From Anaeromyxobacteraceae bacterium (lineage in GTDB: Bacteria > Myxococcota > Myxococcia > Myxococcales > Anaeromyxobacteraceae): a stretch of 64,000 bases of DNA. The stretch is taken from NCBI GenBank assembly GCA_032654565.1, contig JAULAX010000017.1, forward strand, positions 512,001 to 576,000, written 5' to 3'. The position numbers and the translations under genes were made by a program. Below the pieces are notes generated by a model that was not told the DNA's origin, did no database searches, and saw only the letters and a program-made list of their open reading frames with translations. Positions 49,901 through 56,039 of the stretch are shown one piece after another. How positions within the stretch are numbered: the first letter of the stretch is position 1; the number at the start of each line of letters is the position of its first letter.

Positions 49901-52034
49901 TGCTGGCGGCGTTGACGTGGGCCTGGTGGGCGCCGACCTTGACGCCGGCGGTGGCCCCGGTGGTGTCCCTGGGCGGGGCGAAGTTGCCCGCGACGCCGCC
50001 GTGGCAGCTGGAGCAGCTGGTGCCGGCGGGATCGATGAGGCCGTTGACGTGGGTGGCAGGGTTGACGGTGGTGGCGGTGTAGCTGGGGTGGCAGCTGCCG
50101 CAGTCGCCGTTGTTGGGGTGCCAGAGGCCGGGCCGGGCGGCGTGGCAGGTGCCGCAGGCCGCCTCGGGGGCGCCGGCGATCCAGTTGGGGTTGGTCTTGC
50201 TGCCGCCGCCGGCCAGGGTGATGCCGTGGCAGTAGTTGGTGCAGGTCGGGTTGGTCTCCCAGCCCGCCACCAGGTTCCCCTCGGCCGGGGTGGGGACGGC
50301 GGTGCGGGCCTTGGCGAGCGGGCCCCAGCCGATGGCGACGCTGCCGTCGGCGTGGGTGGCGTCGGTCGGCAGGACGGCGCCGTGGCACTCGGTGCACTGG
50401 ATCTGGATCGACAGCGGGCCGGCCGGGTTGAGGCTGGTGGACGGGGACAGGTGGGCCTGGTGGGCCCCCACCGCCGGCGACGAGGCGGTCAGCTCGTTCG
50501 GCTGGGTGCCGACCGGCGGCGCCGCCAGGTTGGCCCGGACCTGGAGGCTGGCGTTGGCGCCGGCCGGGATCACCGAAGGCACCAGCGGGAAGGCGGCGTC
50601 ACCGGCGCGATTGCCCTGGCCATGGCAGAAGGTGCACTCGGACAGCCAGTTGGGGTGCCCCTGCGGGCTCGTCAGGGTGGGGATGGCGTGGCAGGCGGTG
50701 CAGGAAGGCGCCGCGCCCTGCCCGCCCAGGTCCGAGCCGTGGCAGTTCTTGCACGCCGCCAGGCCGGCCGGGGGGCTCAGCGCGTTGGGGCCGTGGTCGG
50801 TGGGGTTGGAGTAGTTGGCCGGGTGGTAGTCGATGTCGAGCTGGCCGTTGACGTGCAGGCCGTTGAGGACGTTGATGGCGCCGGCGGTGTCGACGGTGCC
50901 GGGGTGGCACTTCCAGCACTGGGTGGCGGCGGTGATGGCGAGGCCGTCTCGGTCATTGGCCGGGTGCGGCGCCGGGGGGTTGGCGAGGAAGTGGCAGGTG
51001 CCGCAGGCGGCCGGCGCGGCGGGGGCGCTCCAGGACGGGTTCTTGCTGCTGCCGCCCGGCAGGGTGGCGCCGTGGCAGTAGGTGGAGGCGCAGGTGCCGG
51101 AGGCGTAGGTGGGGCTGAGGCCGCCGCGGTTCACCAGGTTGTTGGTCCCGGTGGCCCACTGGATGACCGGCTGGCCGTGCGGGCCGCCGTTGGTCGGCAC
51201 CCGGTGGCACTCGCTGCAGGAGAAGGGCCTGGAGAGGCGCGAACCGCTCCCCGCCACGGTGGAGACGTGGCGCAGGTGGGCGCCGACCTTGGCCCCGGTG
51301 GTGGCCCCCAGCGAGTCCTTGGGCGGCGCCCAGGAGGCCGACGAGCTGGTCTCGCCGCGGGTCTCGTCGCCGTGGCAGTTGGTGCAGCCCTTGGCCTCCA
51401 CGATGCCGTTGATGTGGGTGCCGGTGGTGGTGATCTGGCCATCGGGCGCCACCGTGTCGGGGTGGCAGGCGGCGCAGGTGGTCGGCGTCAGGCCGGTCGA
51501 GTGGGTGGGGGGCGCGCCCACCGTGCTGGTGCCGTGGCAGGAGCCGCAGTTCATGGGGGCATCGCCCCAGCCGGGCGTGGTGTTGGAGCCGCCGGCGCCG
51601 AGCGTGACGCCGTGGCAGTAGACGGAGCAGGTGCCGCCCCGGCCCGGCGAGGCCACGGGCGTGTACCCGGCGCTGAAGGTGCCGCCCAGGGTGGCCCGCG
51701 CGCCCCAGGTGATCTCGGCGCGGCCGTCGCCGTCCGCCGTCCCGTTGGGCTTCGAGATGTGGCCGGGGTCGGCGATGCGCCCGGGGACCTTGTGACACTC
51801 CTCGCAGGCCACCTGCTTGCCGAGGTGGACGGTGTGGGCGCCGACCGCCCCGCCGGTCTCCGTCCCCTGCAGGTCGTTGGGCGGCGCGCCGGTCTGGTCG
51901 CTGGCGCCGCCGTGGCAGCCGAGGCACCCGGCCGGCCCGGACGGGTTGAGCGGCGTGCGGCGCCCCTTGTCGCAGCCGGCGAGCGAGAGCGCGGCGGCGA
52001 GGAAGGCGATGACGATGAGTGCGTGGCGGCGCAT
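40962..52034 (-). CDS. Giant multiheme cytochrome c lipoprotein, ~3,690 aa, about 87 heme motifs (CxxxxCH/CxxCH repeat family)
   Basis: MRRHALIVIAFLAAALSLAGC lipobox; manual count 72 CxxCH, 12 CxxxxCH, 3 CxxxCH; 15 five-heme repeats; ends EAW. Confidence 0.93.
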   Translation of the reverse strand: MRRHALIVIAFLAAALSLAGCDKGRRTPLNPSGPAGCLGCHGGASDQTGAPPNDLQGTETGGAVGAHTVHLGKQVACEECHKVPGRIADPGHISKPNGTADGDGRAEITWGARATLGGTFSAGYTPVASPGRGGTCSVYCHGVTLGAGGSNTTPGWGDAPMNCGSCHGTSTVGAPPTHSTGLTPTTCAACHPDTVAPDGQITTTGTHINGIVEAKGCTNCHGDETRGETSSSASWAPPKDSLGATTGAKVGAHLRHVSTVAGSGSRLSRPFSCSECHRVPTNGGPHGQPVIQWATGTNNLVNRGGLSPTYASGTCASTYCHGATLPGGSSKNPSWSAPAAPAACGTCHFLANPPAPHPANDRDGLAITAATQCWKCHPGTVDTAGAINVLNGLHVNGQLDIDYHPANYSNPTDHGPNALSPPAGLAACKNCHGSDLGGQGAAPSCTACHAIPTLTSPQGHPNWLSECTFCHGQGNRAGDAAFPLVPSVIPAGANASLQVRANLAAPPVGTQPNELTASSPAVGAHQAHLSPSTSLNPAGPLSIQIQCTECHGAVLPTDATHADGSVAIGWGPLAKARTAVPTPAEGNLVAGWETNPTCTNYCHGITLAGGGSKTNPNWIAGAPEAACGTCHAARPGLWHPNNGDCGSCHPSYTATTVNPATHVNGLIDPAGTSCSSCHGGVAGNFAPPRDTTGATAGVKVGAHQAHVNAASNVAPLVAAGYSCLVCHVMPGALRHANGQVDLLWSSPATAGNVVPTPLSGALAVAAWETPSPTCTNYCHGASLTAAGGTNKSPLWTGDATQVACGTCHAAPPPLSAAAGATHPKNPVCANCHGAGYATTGVTGTARSTHVNAALNLVVSGCTQCHGDRAASGVTLTVGLVPAAPGGGNQLTSADTTGQGLATAPGVGAHLAHLAGTTYRAAALTCIDCHALPPSNTDVSHATGVGMSGNVLSGARASMAFGNLARGVGASFNNELPAPVYSGSSSAAYGATAGSCNSVYCHGQFKNGKTNNAVSWTATGLNCNSCHGRGTGLTATPPGGSHINSTLCGNCHLGYSDSQVVKATHIDGQVQAAGVSCTSCHGLPSRIAAASATELDPAGARLVLAAPPLDLARASSGNKVGAHLAHVNQEATPPALSNAQRCAACHVVPNHLGLGTATIVWGDIANLGGGALPYNASTQTCSSTYCHGQFPGGLQANVVAWGDGTPAKRGCSACHGQSPTAPQPAHPHPQNLTCATCHAGVGAGVLSAAATATHVDGLVTRTTGGCTSCHGELPAAGVTLTNNLVAAAPGVTGTNTMDTVGQAAATSPGVGAHKAHLGAGVIAHVAIACTECHALPPSNGDTGHATGAVPASGSRATVTFGNLATGAGNGWSGLPVSPTYTGSTSGSGGATAGSCASTYCHGNFVNGKGTAGLGWTTVGAMTCNSCHGATAGASASLPGGSHPQGNSTCSLCHPGYSNTVASATLHLNGRLDVVDQTCSGCHGDVNRTVAASAVDMDGQVPNRLLALAAPPRGVTTSNQVGAHLAHVNQQAAPPALSDAVRCVACHVVPTTGTHSDNTTTVTFGDIAPAAGMTYTPATHTCSSTYCHGQFAGGNGANPIAWGTGSSPATKLGCTACHATPPAHPHPSNATCGACHAGATATTLTGAAVTTHVDGLVTRTTGGCTSCHGELPLAGVTLLNPLAAAPGATGTNTVDTAGRSGATTSAGTGAHRAHLVNTTYRAVLACGECHLLPPSDTDTTHAVGGGSGGARATLAWGNLARGVGATFNNELVAPAYAGSTTGTLANVAGSCASTYCHGQFKNGKKATMSWTAAPGLTCNSCHGAGLATVTTATLPGGSHPQASTDCSKCHSGNSGTIVNPLTHLNGTLEYGPLSCSSCHGDVTQVPVASATWTDVNGQNLVRAAPPVDTNGQAGGNVVGPHQAHVNQSNLPALSNAFRCENCHSGLVWNVAPHPIPPSPVVWGNIAIDGGAATPLGYNTATKTCSNTYCHGNFSYGKGANPVGWLVTSTPTTKLGCNACHGQSVAAPQPAHPHPQNTTCASCHAGATTTTLTAAAAATHVDGLTTKTTSGCTACHGELSLAGVVRANPTGAAPGATGTNTVDTTGQTLPASAGVGAHKAHLTAGTNRNALACTECHALPATDTDVSHGTGTGTGGARATLTFGTLATRSTNNWSGGPVTPTYGTSTTGAGGTTGGSCAATYCHGNFTNGATTATPVWTSTTAMTCNSCHGRTAGAVASPPGGTHPNNALCGNCHTGYGTSSVNLATHLNGRLDVVPQTCTSCHGTAGRTVAGSATELDALGANLALSAPPVDSTNAASGNVVGAHLAHVNQGDLPAFSSALRCVNCHSGLVPLTAPHAPAVNPVAFGNLATARAAAPVAYSAATKTCSNTYCHGQFTYGKPAGNTVGWGTGTPTKLGCNACHGQSVAAPQPAHPHPQNTSCASCHTGVTTTTLTAAAAATHVDGLTTKTTSGCTACHGELSLAGVVRANPTGAAPGATGTNTVDTTGQTLTASAGVGVHRVHLTNGSIRNALACTECHALPATDTDVSHGTGAGSGGARATLTFGTLATRSTNNWSGGPVTPTYGTSTTGAGGTTGGSCASTYCHGNFTNGLNASPAWTAAGTITCNSCHGRTAGAVASPPGGTHPNNALCGNCHTGYGTSTVNLATHMNGLLDVVPQTCTSCHGTAGRTVAGSATELDALGANLALSAPPVDSTNAASGNVVGAHLAHVNQGTAPAFSSALRCVNCHSGLVPLTAPHAPAVNPVAFGNLATARAAAPVAYSAATKTCSNTYCHGQFTYGKPAGNTVGWGTGTPTKLGCNDCHGQSAAAPQPAHPHPQNTSCASCHAGVTTTTLTAAAAATHVDGLTTKTTSGCTACHGELSLAGVVRANPTGAAPGATGTNTVDTTGQTATTAPGVGAHRAHLAGTTFRSTSLACTECHTLPASDTDTTHALGGGTGGARATIAWGNLASGAAFGARTPTYAGSTTGSGGVVGGSCASTYCHSPRADTVVGLNQTPSWVAAGTVLCGDCHGLPPVAAAHPVNAACSQCHPGYPDSPGAATALSAAAKLIHINGSLDGGESSGGSPCLNCHKTDAATGAAYGRMVSDTTVYHHVVAEGAAFKTYPLTATGQACLQCHADHDVFNPALNAANTLGRGANLRTTIATAPTKVAPATGNYANTDFSGTAGLCLSCHATAGGLVKSTTAQKTYAGAGNTLTHVIDGASFAASSHAYAVAGSITTGASAFSAVCMKCHSDRQTATYPEKQSGAFEFALHTSVDRRLRNPMGQTTPVDDHAEDHCYRCHHLTTDTTPGAGPVKTVANRDYFNATVMSAAAQNVFQAFNDPLHVNKHNVGGYDLIHQPTEAAAGAGGTKHVECEDCHEPHAAKTLPAKPASNSNLVWGAITGVTGVVPTWSVANFTAPTAYAATAASTYEYQICFKCHSGANTGLAAWGGTGTWGGVAGTANWTDLALEFSPANQSRHPVASALPAGTDSSATASNQLVAAQLVAPWTPGNTMTCSDCHGGDVASPATQGPHGSAVKFMLRGANRAWPYTQASQNGGNTGTLWLVSSAATGTAPNKLFCLNCHPVPNSAGSNAVHRLIGTSNTHTGSPNAFFSCISCHLRVPHGGKVSRLILTPNAPARYKSGVITPALKGFVKTGKDSYTFGANLVLNSTGTTCTNEHSNLASGGEAW
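43311..46008. repeat. Near-identical ~1.2-kb intragenic tandem duplication (a little over two units)
   Basis: The same block recurs at about 43311, 44514 and 45721 (period 1203-1206 bp). Confidence 0.9.
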
Positions 52035-52177
52035 GCGGGCGACCTCGAGCCGACCCCCTGCGACAAGGGGGCGCGGCCAGCGTGAACGAGGGAGACGACC
52101 CATCGTGCCGGTTTCGAATCGACATGGGCTTGATGGAGGTCAAGGAATCTAAGAATTACCTAATCGAGACAGTCGGT

Positions 52178-52193
52178 TGGGTGATTTCACCCA
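52178..52193. promoter_or_regulatory. 16-bp palindrome, candidate enhancer for the giant cytochrome gene
   Basis: TGGGTGATTTCACCCA, 14/16 identical to the site at 19118; nearby IHF-like AATCTAAGAATTA at 52146-52158 (one mismatch to WATCAANNNNTTR). Confidence 0.6.
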
Positions 52194-52352
52194 TCCGGAT
52201 CAAACCCTCAACGACCCGGCCGCCCGCCCGGCCACTTTCCGCCCGAATCCCCGGGACCTGGGTGGCGGCGTGCTACCCTGCGCGGCCATGCCTGAGCCGC
52301 TTCCCGTTCGGCCACTTCGGCCTCGTCCGCCCCCCATGAGGCGATTCGCCAC

Positions 52353-53090
52353 GTGAGCTCGCCGGCGACCTCCGCACCCGCCCAGCTGGCCTGGACCGGC
52401 GTGCTGGTGGCCCTGGCCGCCGCCGCCGCCCTGGCCTCCGATCTCCACGGCCACGCCGCGCGCACCCCGTTCACGCCGCTGGAGGGGTTCCAGGGCCAGC
52501 GCTGGGCGGTGGTCGGGGACGCCGCGGACGCGGTGGAGGCCTGGAGCAGCGCCGGACTGCGTGGCCGGCGGGTGCTGGTGGCCACCGGACGCTGGGGCAA
52601 ACCGGTGACCCGGGAGGCCGGCCCGGAGGCGGCGCCCGCCCCGCCCGACGACCCGGCCGCCCTGGCCGCGGCCCGCGCCGCGAAGGTCAGCGGCGCGCTC
52701 TTCGAGGCCACCATGCGGGGCGTGGCCCGCGAGCTGCTGGTGGTCATGCCCGACGCCGCCTGGGACGCCCGCGTCGAGGCCATCCGCGCCGCCCGGGAGA
52801 CCACGCTAGGCGACGGCTGGGCGCGCCAGCCCTTCCACGGCATCCCGCGCAGCTTCCACCGCCCGGCGACAGTGCCCCGAATCGACGAGGAGCTCCTGCT
52901 GCTGGTCGAGCCCTCCTTCTTCGCCGCCGGCGCCCCCGCCGACCTCGCCGCCTGGCTGGCCGCGCGGGGGATCCGCTTCGACCTGGCCCTGATCGCGGCG
53001 ACCGATCCGCTGGCCACCCCCGCCCAGCAGGCGGCCGCGGCGGCGCTGGCCGGGCAGGTCGGGGCCGTGCAGCTTGAGGCGGCTCCGTGA
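52353..53090 (+). CDS. Hypothetical exported/membrane-anchored protein
   Basis: N-terminal hydrophobic helix; coding-like codon usage; stop overlaps the next GTG (GTGA). Confidence 0.6.
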   Translation: MSSPATSAPAQLAWTGVLVALAAAAALASDLHGHAARTPFTPLEGFQGQRWAVVGDAADAVEAWSSAGLRGRRVLVATGRWGKPVTREAGPEAAPAPPDDPAALAAARAAKVSGALFEATMRGVARELLVVMPDAAWDARVEAIRAARETTLGDGWARQPFHGIPRSFHRPATVPRIDEELLLLVEPSFFAAGAPADLAAWLAARGIRFDLALIAATDPLATPAQQAAAAALAGQVGAVQLEAAP

Positions 53091-54502
53091 GCGCGCCGGC
53101 CTTCACCCGGCGTGACGTGGTGGCGCTGGCCGGACTGGTGGCGGTGGCCTGGCTGGTGCGCGCCGCCGGGATCGCCACCCAGCCGCTGATGTCCGACGAC
53201 CTCTCGGTGGCCGCGACGGCGCGCGCCTTCGCCGCCCAGGGGCTGCCCGAGCCGACCATGTGGAACCACCCCCGGCTCCGCGACCTGCTGGTCGACCTCT
53301 CGCTGGACGCCTTCGGCGACGGCGCCTGGGGCATCAAGGCCTGGAGCGTGCTGCTGGGGGTGCTGGCCATCCCGGCGCTCTTCATGCTGCTGCGGCGGCT
53401 GGCGCCGGAGCGGCCGGCGGTCGCGTGGCTAGGGGCGGCGCTGCTGGCGGTGGAGCCGTTCCAGGTCCACTTCGCCCGGCAGGGGATCCAGGACGTCTAC
53501 CTGACCTTCTTCCCGGTGGCCGGGCTGGCGGCGGCGCTCTGGTACCGGGCCTCACGCGCCGCCGGCTGGCTGGTCCTCTCCGGGCTGCTCTTCGGGCTGG
53601 GGCTGGCCTCGAAGTGGAGCGCCGGCTTCTCCCTGGCCCTGGCGCTGGGGCTGGTGGCCTTCGACGCCTGGCGGCAGGGGACACGGCCGGCCCAGCGGCT
53701 GCCGCCGCTCCTCTTCGCCGCGGCGGCGCTGATCCTCCTGCCGCTCACCGTCTACCTGCTCACCTTCTGGCCCTGGTTCGGCCGCGGCCACTCCCTCGGC
53801 GAGTGGCTCGACTTCCAGCGGGCCATGGCCTTCGAGACCGCCACCCACGTCGGCTACCCCGGCACCAAGCTGCCCGACTTCTACGGCGAGCAGGTGGGCG
53901 CCTGGCGCTGGTTCCTGGCGCCGACCTGGTTCGTCGATCTCGGCCTGCCCACCGTCGGCACGGGGACCACCGGCATGACCTACCTGATCGGCGTGGGCAA
54001 CCCGCTCACCTGGCTGCTGGTGCTGCCGTCGCTCGGCTACGCCGCCTGGCGCGGCTGGCGCCGGCGCGATCCGGCCGGCGGGCTGCTGGCCGCGCTCTTC
54101 CTGGTCAACTACCTCCCCTTCCTCTCGCCGAGCCGGCCCATCTTCTCCAACAGCGCCGTGGTGGTGATCCCCTACGGCCTGGCGCTGGTCGGCTACGCGG
54201 CGGCGGCGGCCTGGCCGCGCGCCCGGGCGCTGGTGGCCGCCTGGCTCGGGCTCTCGGCCCTGGCCGCGGCGGCGCTCTGGTTCGCCTCGGTGGGGCGGTC
54301 GACGCCGCCGACCACCTGGCTGGTCCACCTGCTGGTGCCGCCGGCCGCCTGGGAGTCGAAGGCGCTCAAGCTGCAGCGGTCGGGGGCCGGCCACCCGGGC
54401 GGCGCCGTGCCGGCTCCAGCCACCCCGGCTGCGGCGGGGGCGGCTCCCGCAGCGCCGGCGGCGCCTCCCTCACCCTCCCCGGCCCGGGCTCAGGAGAAGT
54501 AG
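53087..54502 (+). CDS. PMT/GT39-like lipid-carrier-dependent glycosyltransferase (protein O-mannosyltransferase-like)
   Basis: Acidic pair in the first loop (MSDD), NHP, GLGLASKWS, YLLTFWPWF, GNPLTW; about 11 TM. Confidence 0.75.
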   Translation: MSAPAFTRRDVVALAGLVAVAWLVRAAGIATQPLMSDDLSVAATARAFAAQGLPEPTMWNHPRLRDLLVDLSLDAFGDGAWGIKAWSVLLGVLAIPALFMLLRRLAPERPAVAWLGAALLAVEPFQVHFARQGIQDVYLTFFPVAGLAAALWYRASRAAGWLVLSGLLFGLGLASKWSAGFSLALALGLVAFDAWRQGTRPAQRLPPLLFAAAALILLPLTVYLLTFWPWFGRGHSLGEWLDFQRAMAFETATHVGYPGTKLPDFYGEQVGAWRWFLAPTWFVDLGLPTVGTGTTGMTYLIGVGNPLTWLLVLPSLGYAAWRGWRRRDPAGGLLAALFLVNYLPFLSPSRPIFSNSAVVVIPYGLALVGYAAAAAWPRARALVAAWLGLSALAAAALWFASVGRSTPPTTWLVHLLVPPAAWESKALKLQRSGAGHPGGAVPAPATPAAAGAAPAAPAAPPSPSPARAQEK

Positions 54503-55317
54503 GCGGTGTGGAGCGAGTTGATCACCATGGGCAGGATGATCAGCGCCAGGATGAAGAGGGCGAAGCTGGCGATGGCCAGCCAGGCGGTGACCCGCGGCCC
54601 CGGCTTCAGGAAGAGCCGGACGTGGAGGAAGCTGCCCCAGGTGATCCAGCTGACCAGCGACCAGGTCTCGATGGGATCCCAGCCCCAGTAGCGCCCCCAG
54701 GACTGGTTGCCCCAGATGGCGCCGGCGGCGATGGTCACGGTCCAGAAGATGAAGCCGAAGCCGGCGCTGCGGACGATGAGGGCGTCGAGCGCCGGCTCGG
54801 GCGGCACCCGCTCGATCCAGGCCGGCGGCGAGGCCCGGCGGCGCAGCAGCAGCAGCACGGCGCTGCCCACCGAGATGAGGAAGGCGGCGGCCGAGACCTT
54901 GGCGAAGATGATGTGGAAGGTGAGCCAGATGGAGCGGAGCGTCGGCGGCAGCTCGCGGCTCTCCGGGTTGGAGAACATCCCCACCGCCATGGCCAGGATG
55001 GCCAGCGGCATGGCCACCACGGCGATGGCCGTCCAGGCTGGCCGGCGGAAGAGCACCACGGTCAGCACCGCCACCGCCACCCAGGCGTTGGAGGAGAGCA
55101 CCTCGTAGCGGAGCATGTACGGGCCGTGGCCCACCGCCGCCCAGCGGACGCCGATGGCGACGGCGTGGGGCAGCAGGCCGAGCGCCGCGGCGGCGAGGCC
55201 GATGGTGCGGCCGCGCGGCTTGGCGAAGACCACCGACCAGGTGAGCGCCACGGCGGCGACGATGTAGCAGGCCACCGCGCCCCAGTGGAGCGAGATCTCG
55301 ACGGCGTAGCGGCTCAT
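54490..55317 (-). CDS. ccsA: Cytochrome c biogenesis protein CcsA/ResC (System II)
   Basis: GHGPY...YE, LRSIWLTFH, WWD motif WGNQSWGRYWGWDPIETW, FLH, SLHTAY. Confidence 0.92.
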   Translation of the reverse strand: MSRYAVEISLHWGAVACYIVAAVALTWSVVFAKPRGRTIGLAAAALGLLPHAVAIGVRWAAVGHGPYMLRYEVLSSNAWVAVAVLTVVLFRRPAWTAIAVVAMPLAILAMAVGMFSNPESRELPPTLRSIWLTFHIIFAKVSAAAFLISVGSAVLLLLRRRASPPAWIERVPPEPALDALIVRSAGFGFIFWTVTIAAGAIWGNQSWGRYWGWDPIETWSLVSWITWGSFLHVRLFLKPGPRVTAWLAIASFALFILALIILPMVINSLHTAYFS

Positions 55318-56039
55318 GGCGTGGCTCCGCGCGGCGGGACGGGCGCGGCGCCGGGGGGGATGGGGGGATGGCCGGGAGGCGGCGAGCCGAAGGGCGGGTG
55401 ACCGGGCGGCGGGACCGCGCCGCGGGCGCCGGGGACGGGCGCGGCGGCGCCGGGGGGCGCGCCAGGCGGGCCGACGCCGCCGGCCCCGCGGGCCTGGGCC
55501 GCCTCCTCCTCCAGGGTGGGGAGGCCGTGCGCCTGCCGGGCGTCCAGCTCCAGCTTCGGCGCGGCGCGCCCCACCTGCGGCGGGGTGAGGAACTCGGTCT
55601 CCATCAGCTTGAGCCGGCCCCCCTCGCGGCGGAACCGGTAGCGCAGGTGGTAGGCGTCGGTGGACTCCTCGCCCACCTGCTTGCCGGTGCCGATCTTCCG
55701 GTCGCGGTAGTGCCAGCGCTCACGGGTGGTGACCAGCAGCTCCTCGCCCTGGCGCTCGGCCCCCTCGAAGACCAGCTCGGTGAGCTGGGCGTCGAGGGTG
55801 ATGCCGGCGTCGCGCTTGACGCCGATGAGGCCGAGCAGCCGCAGGGCGTGCTCCTCGCCCACGTAGGGATCGACGATCTCCTGGTCGGAGACCCGGTAGG
55901 CCTCGACCATCTTGTCGAGGTAGGTGCGGACCGCCTGCTCCCCCTCCACCCTCGCCTCGTCCCGGGCCGCCGCGCCGCGCTGGCAGCCCACCACCAGCCA
56001 CGCCGCGGCCACCAGCACCGCCACCAGTCCACGCCTCAT
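55314..56039 (-). CDS. Hypothetical lipoprotein between resB and ccsA
   Basis: MRRGLVAVLVAAAWLVVGC lipobox; ATGA overlaps at both ends; Pro-rich tail with repeated PPPGHPP. Confidence 0.75.
   Translation of the reverse strand: MRRGLVAVLVAAAWLVVGCQRGAAARDEARVEGEQAVRTYLDKMVEAYRVSDQEIVDPYVGEEHALRLLGLIGVKRDAGITLDAQLTELVFEGAERQGEELLVTTRERWHYRDRKIGTGKQVGEESTDAYHLRYRFRREGGRLKLMETEFLTPPQVGRAAPKLELDARQAHGLPTLEEEAAQARGAGGVGPPGAPPGAAAPVPGARGAVPPPGHPPFGSPPPGHPPIPPGAAPVPPRGATP

Noticed and set aside
40995..52085. 3,696-aa plus-strand ORF antisense to the giant cytochrome
   Set aside because: Codon-aligned shadow. Antisense stops require TTA/CTA/TCA sense codons, which high-GC genes avoid; the translation is low-complexity with no motifs.
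52094..52110. Canonical sigma-54 promoter for the giant cytochrome gene
   Set aside because: The -24 element matches but the -12 position reads CG rather than GC; kept only as a weak candidate within the regulon finding.
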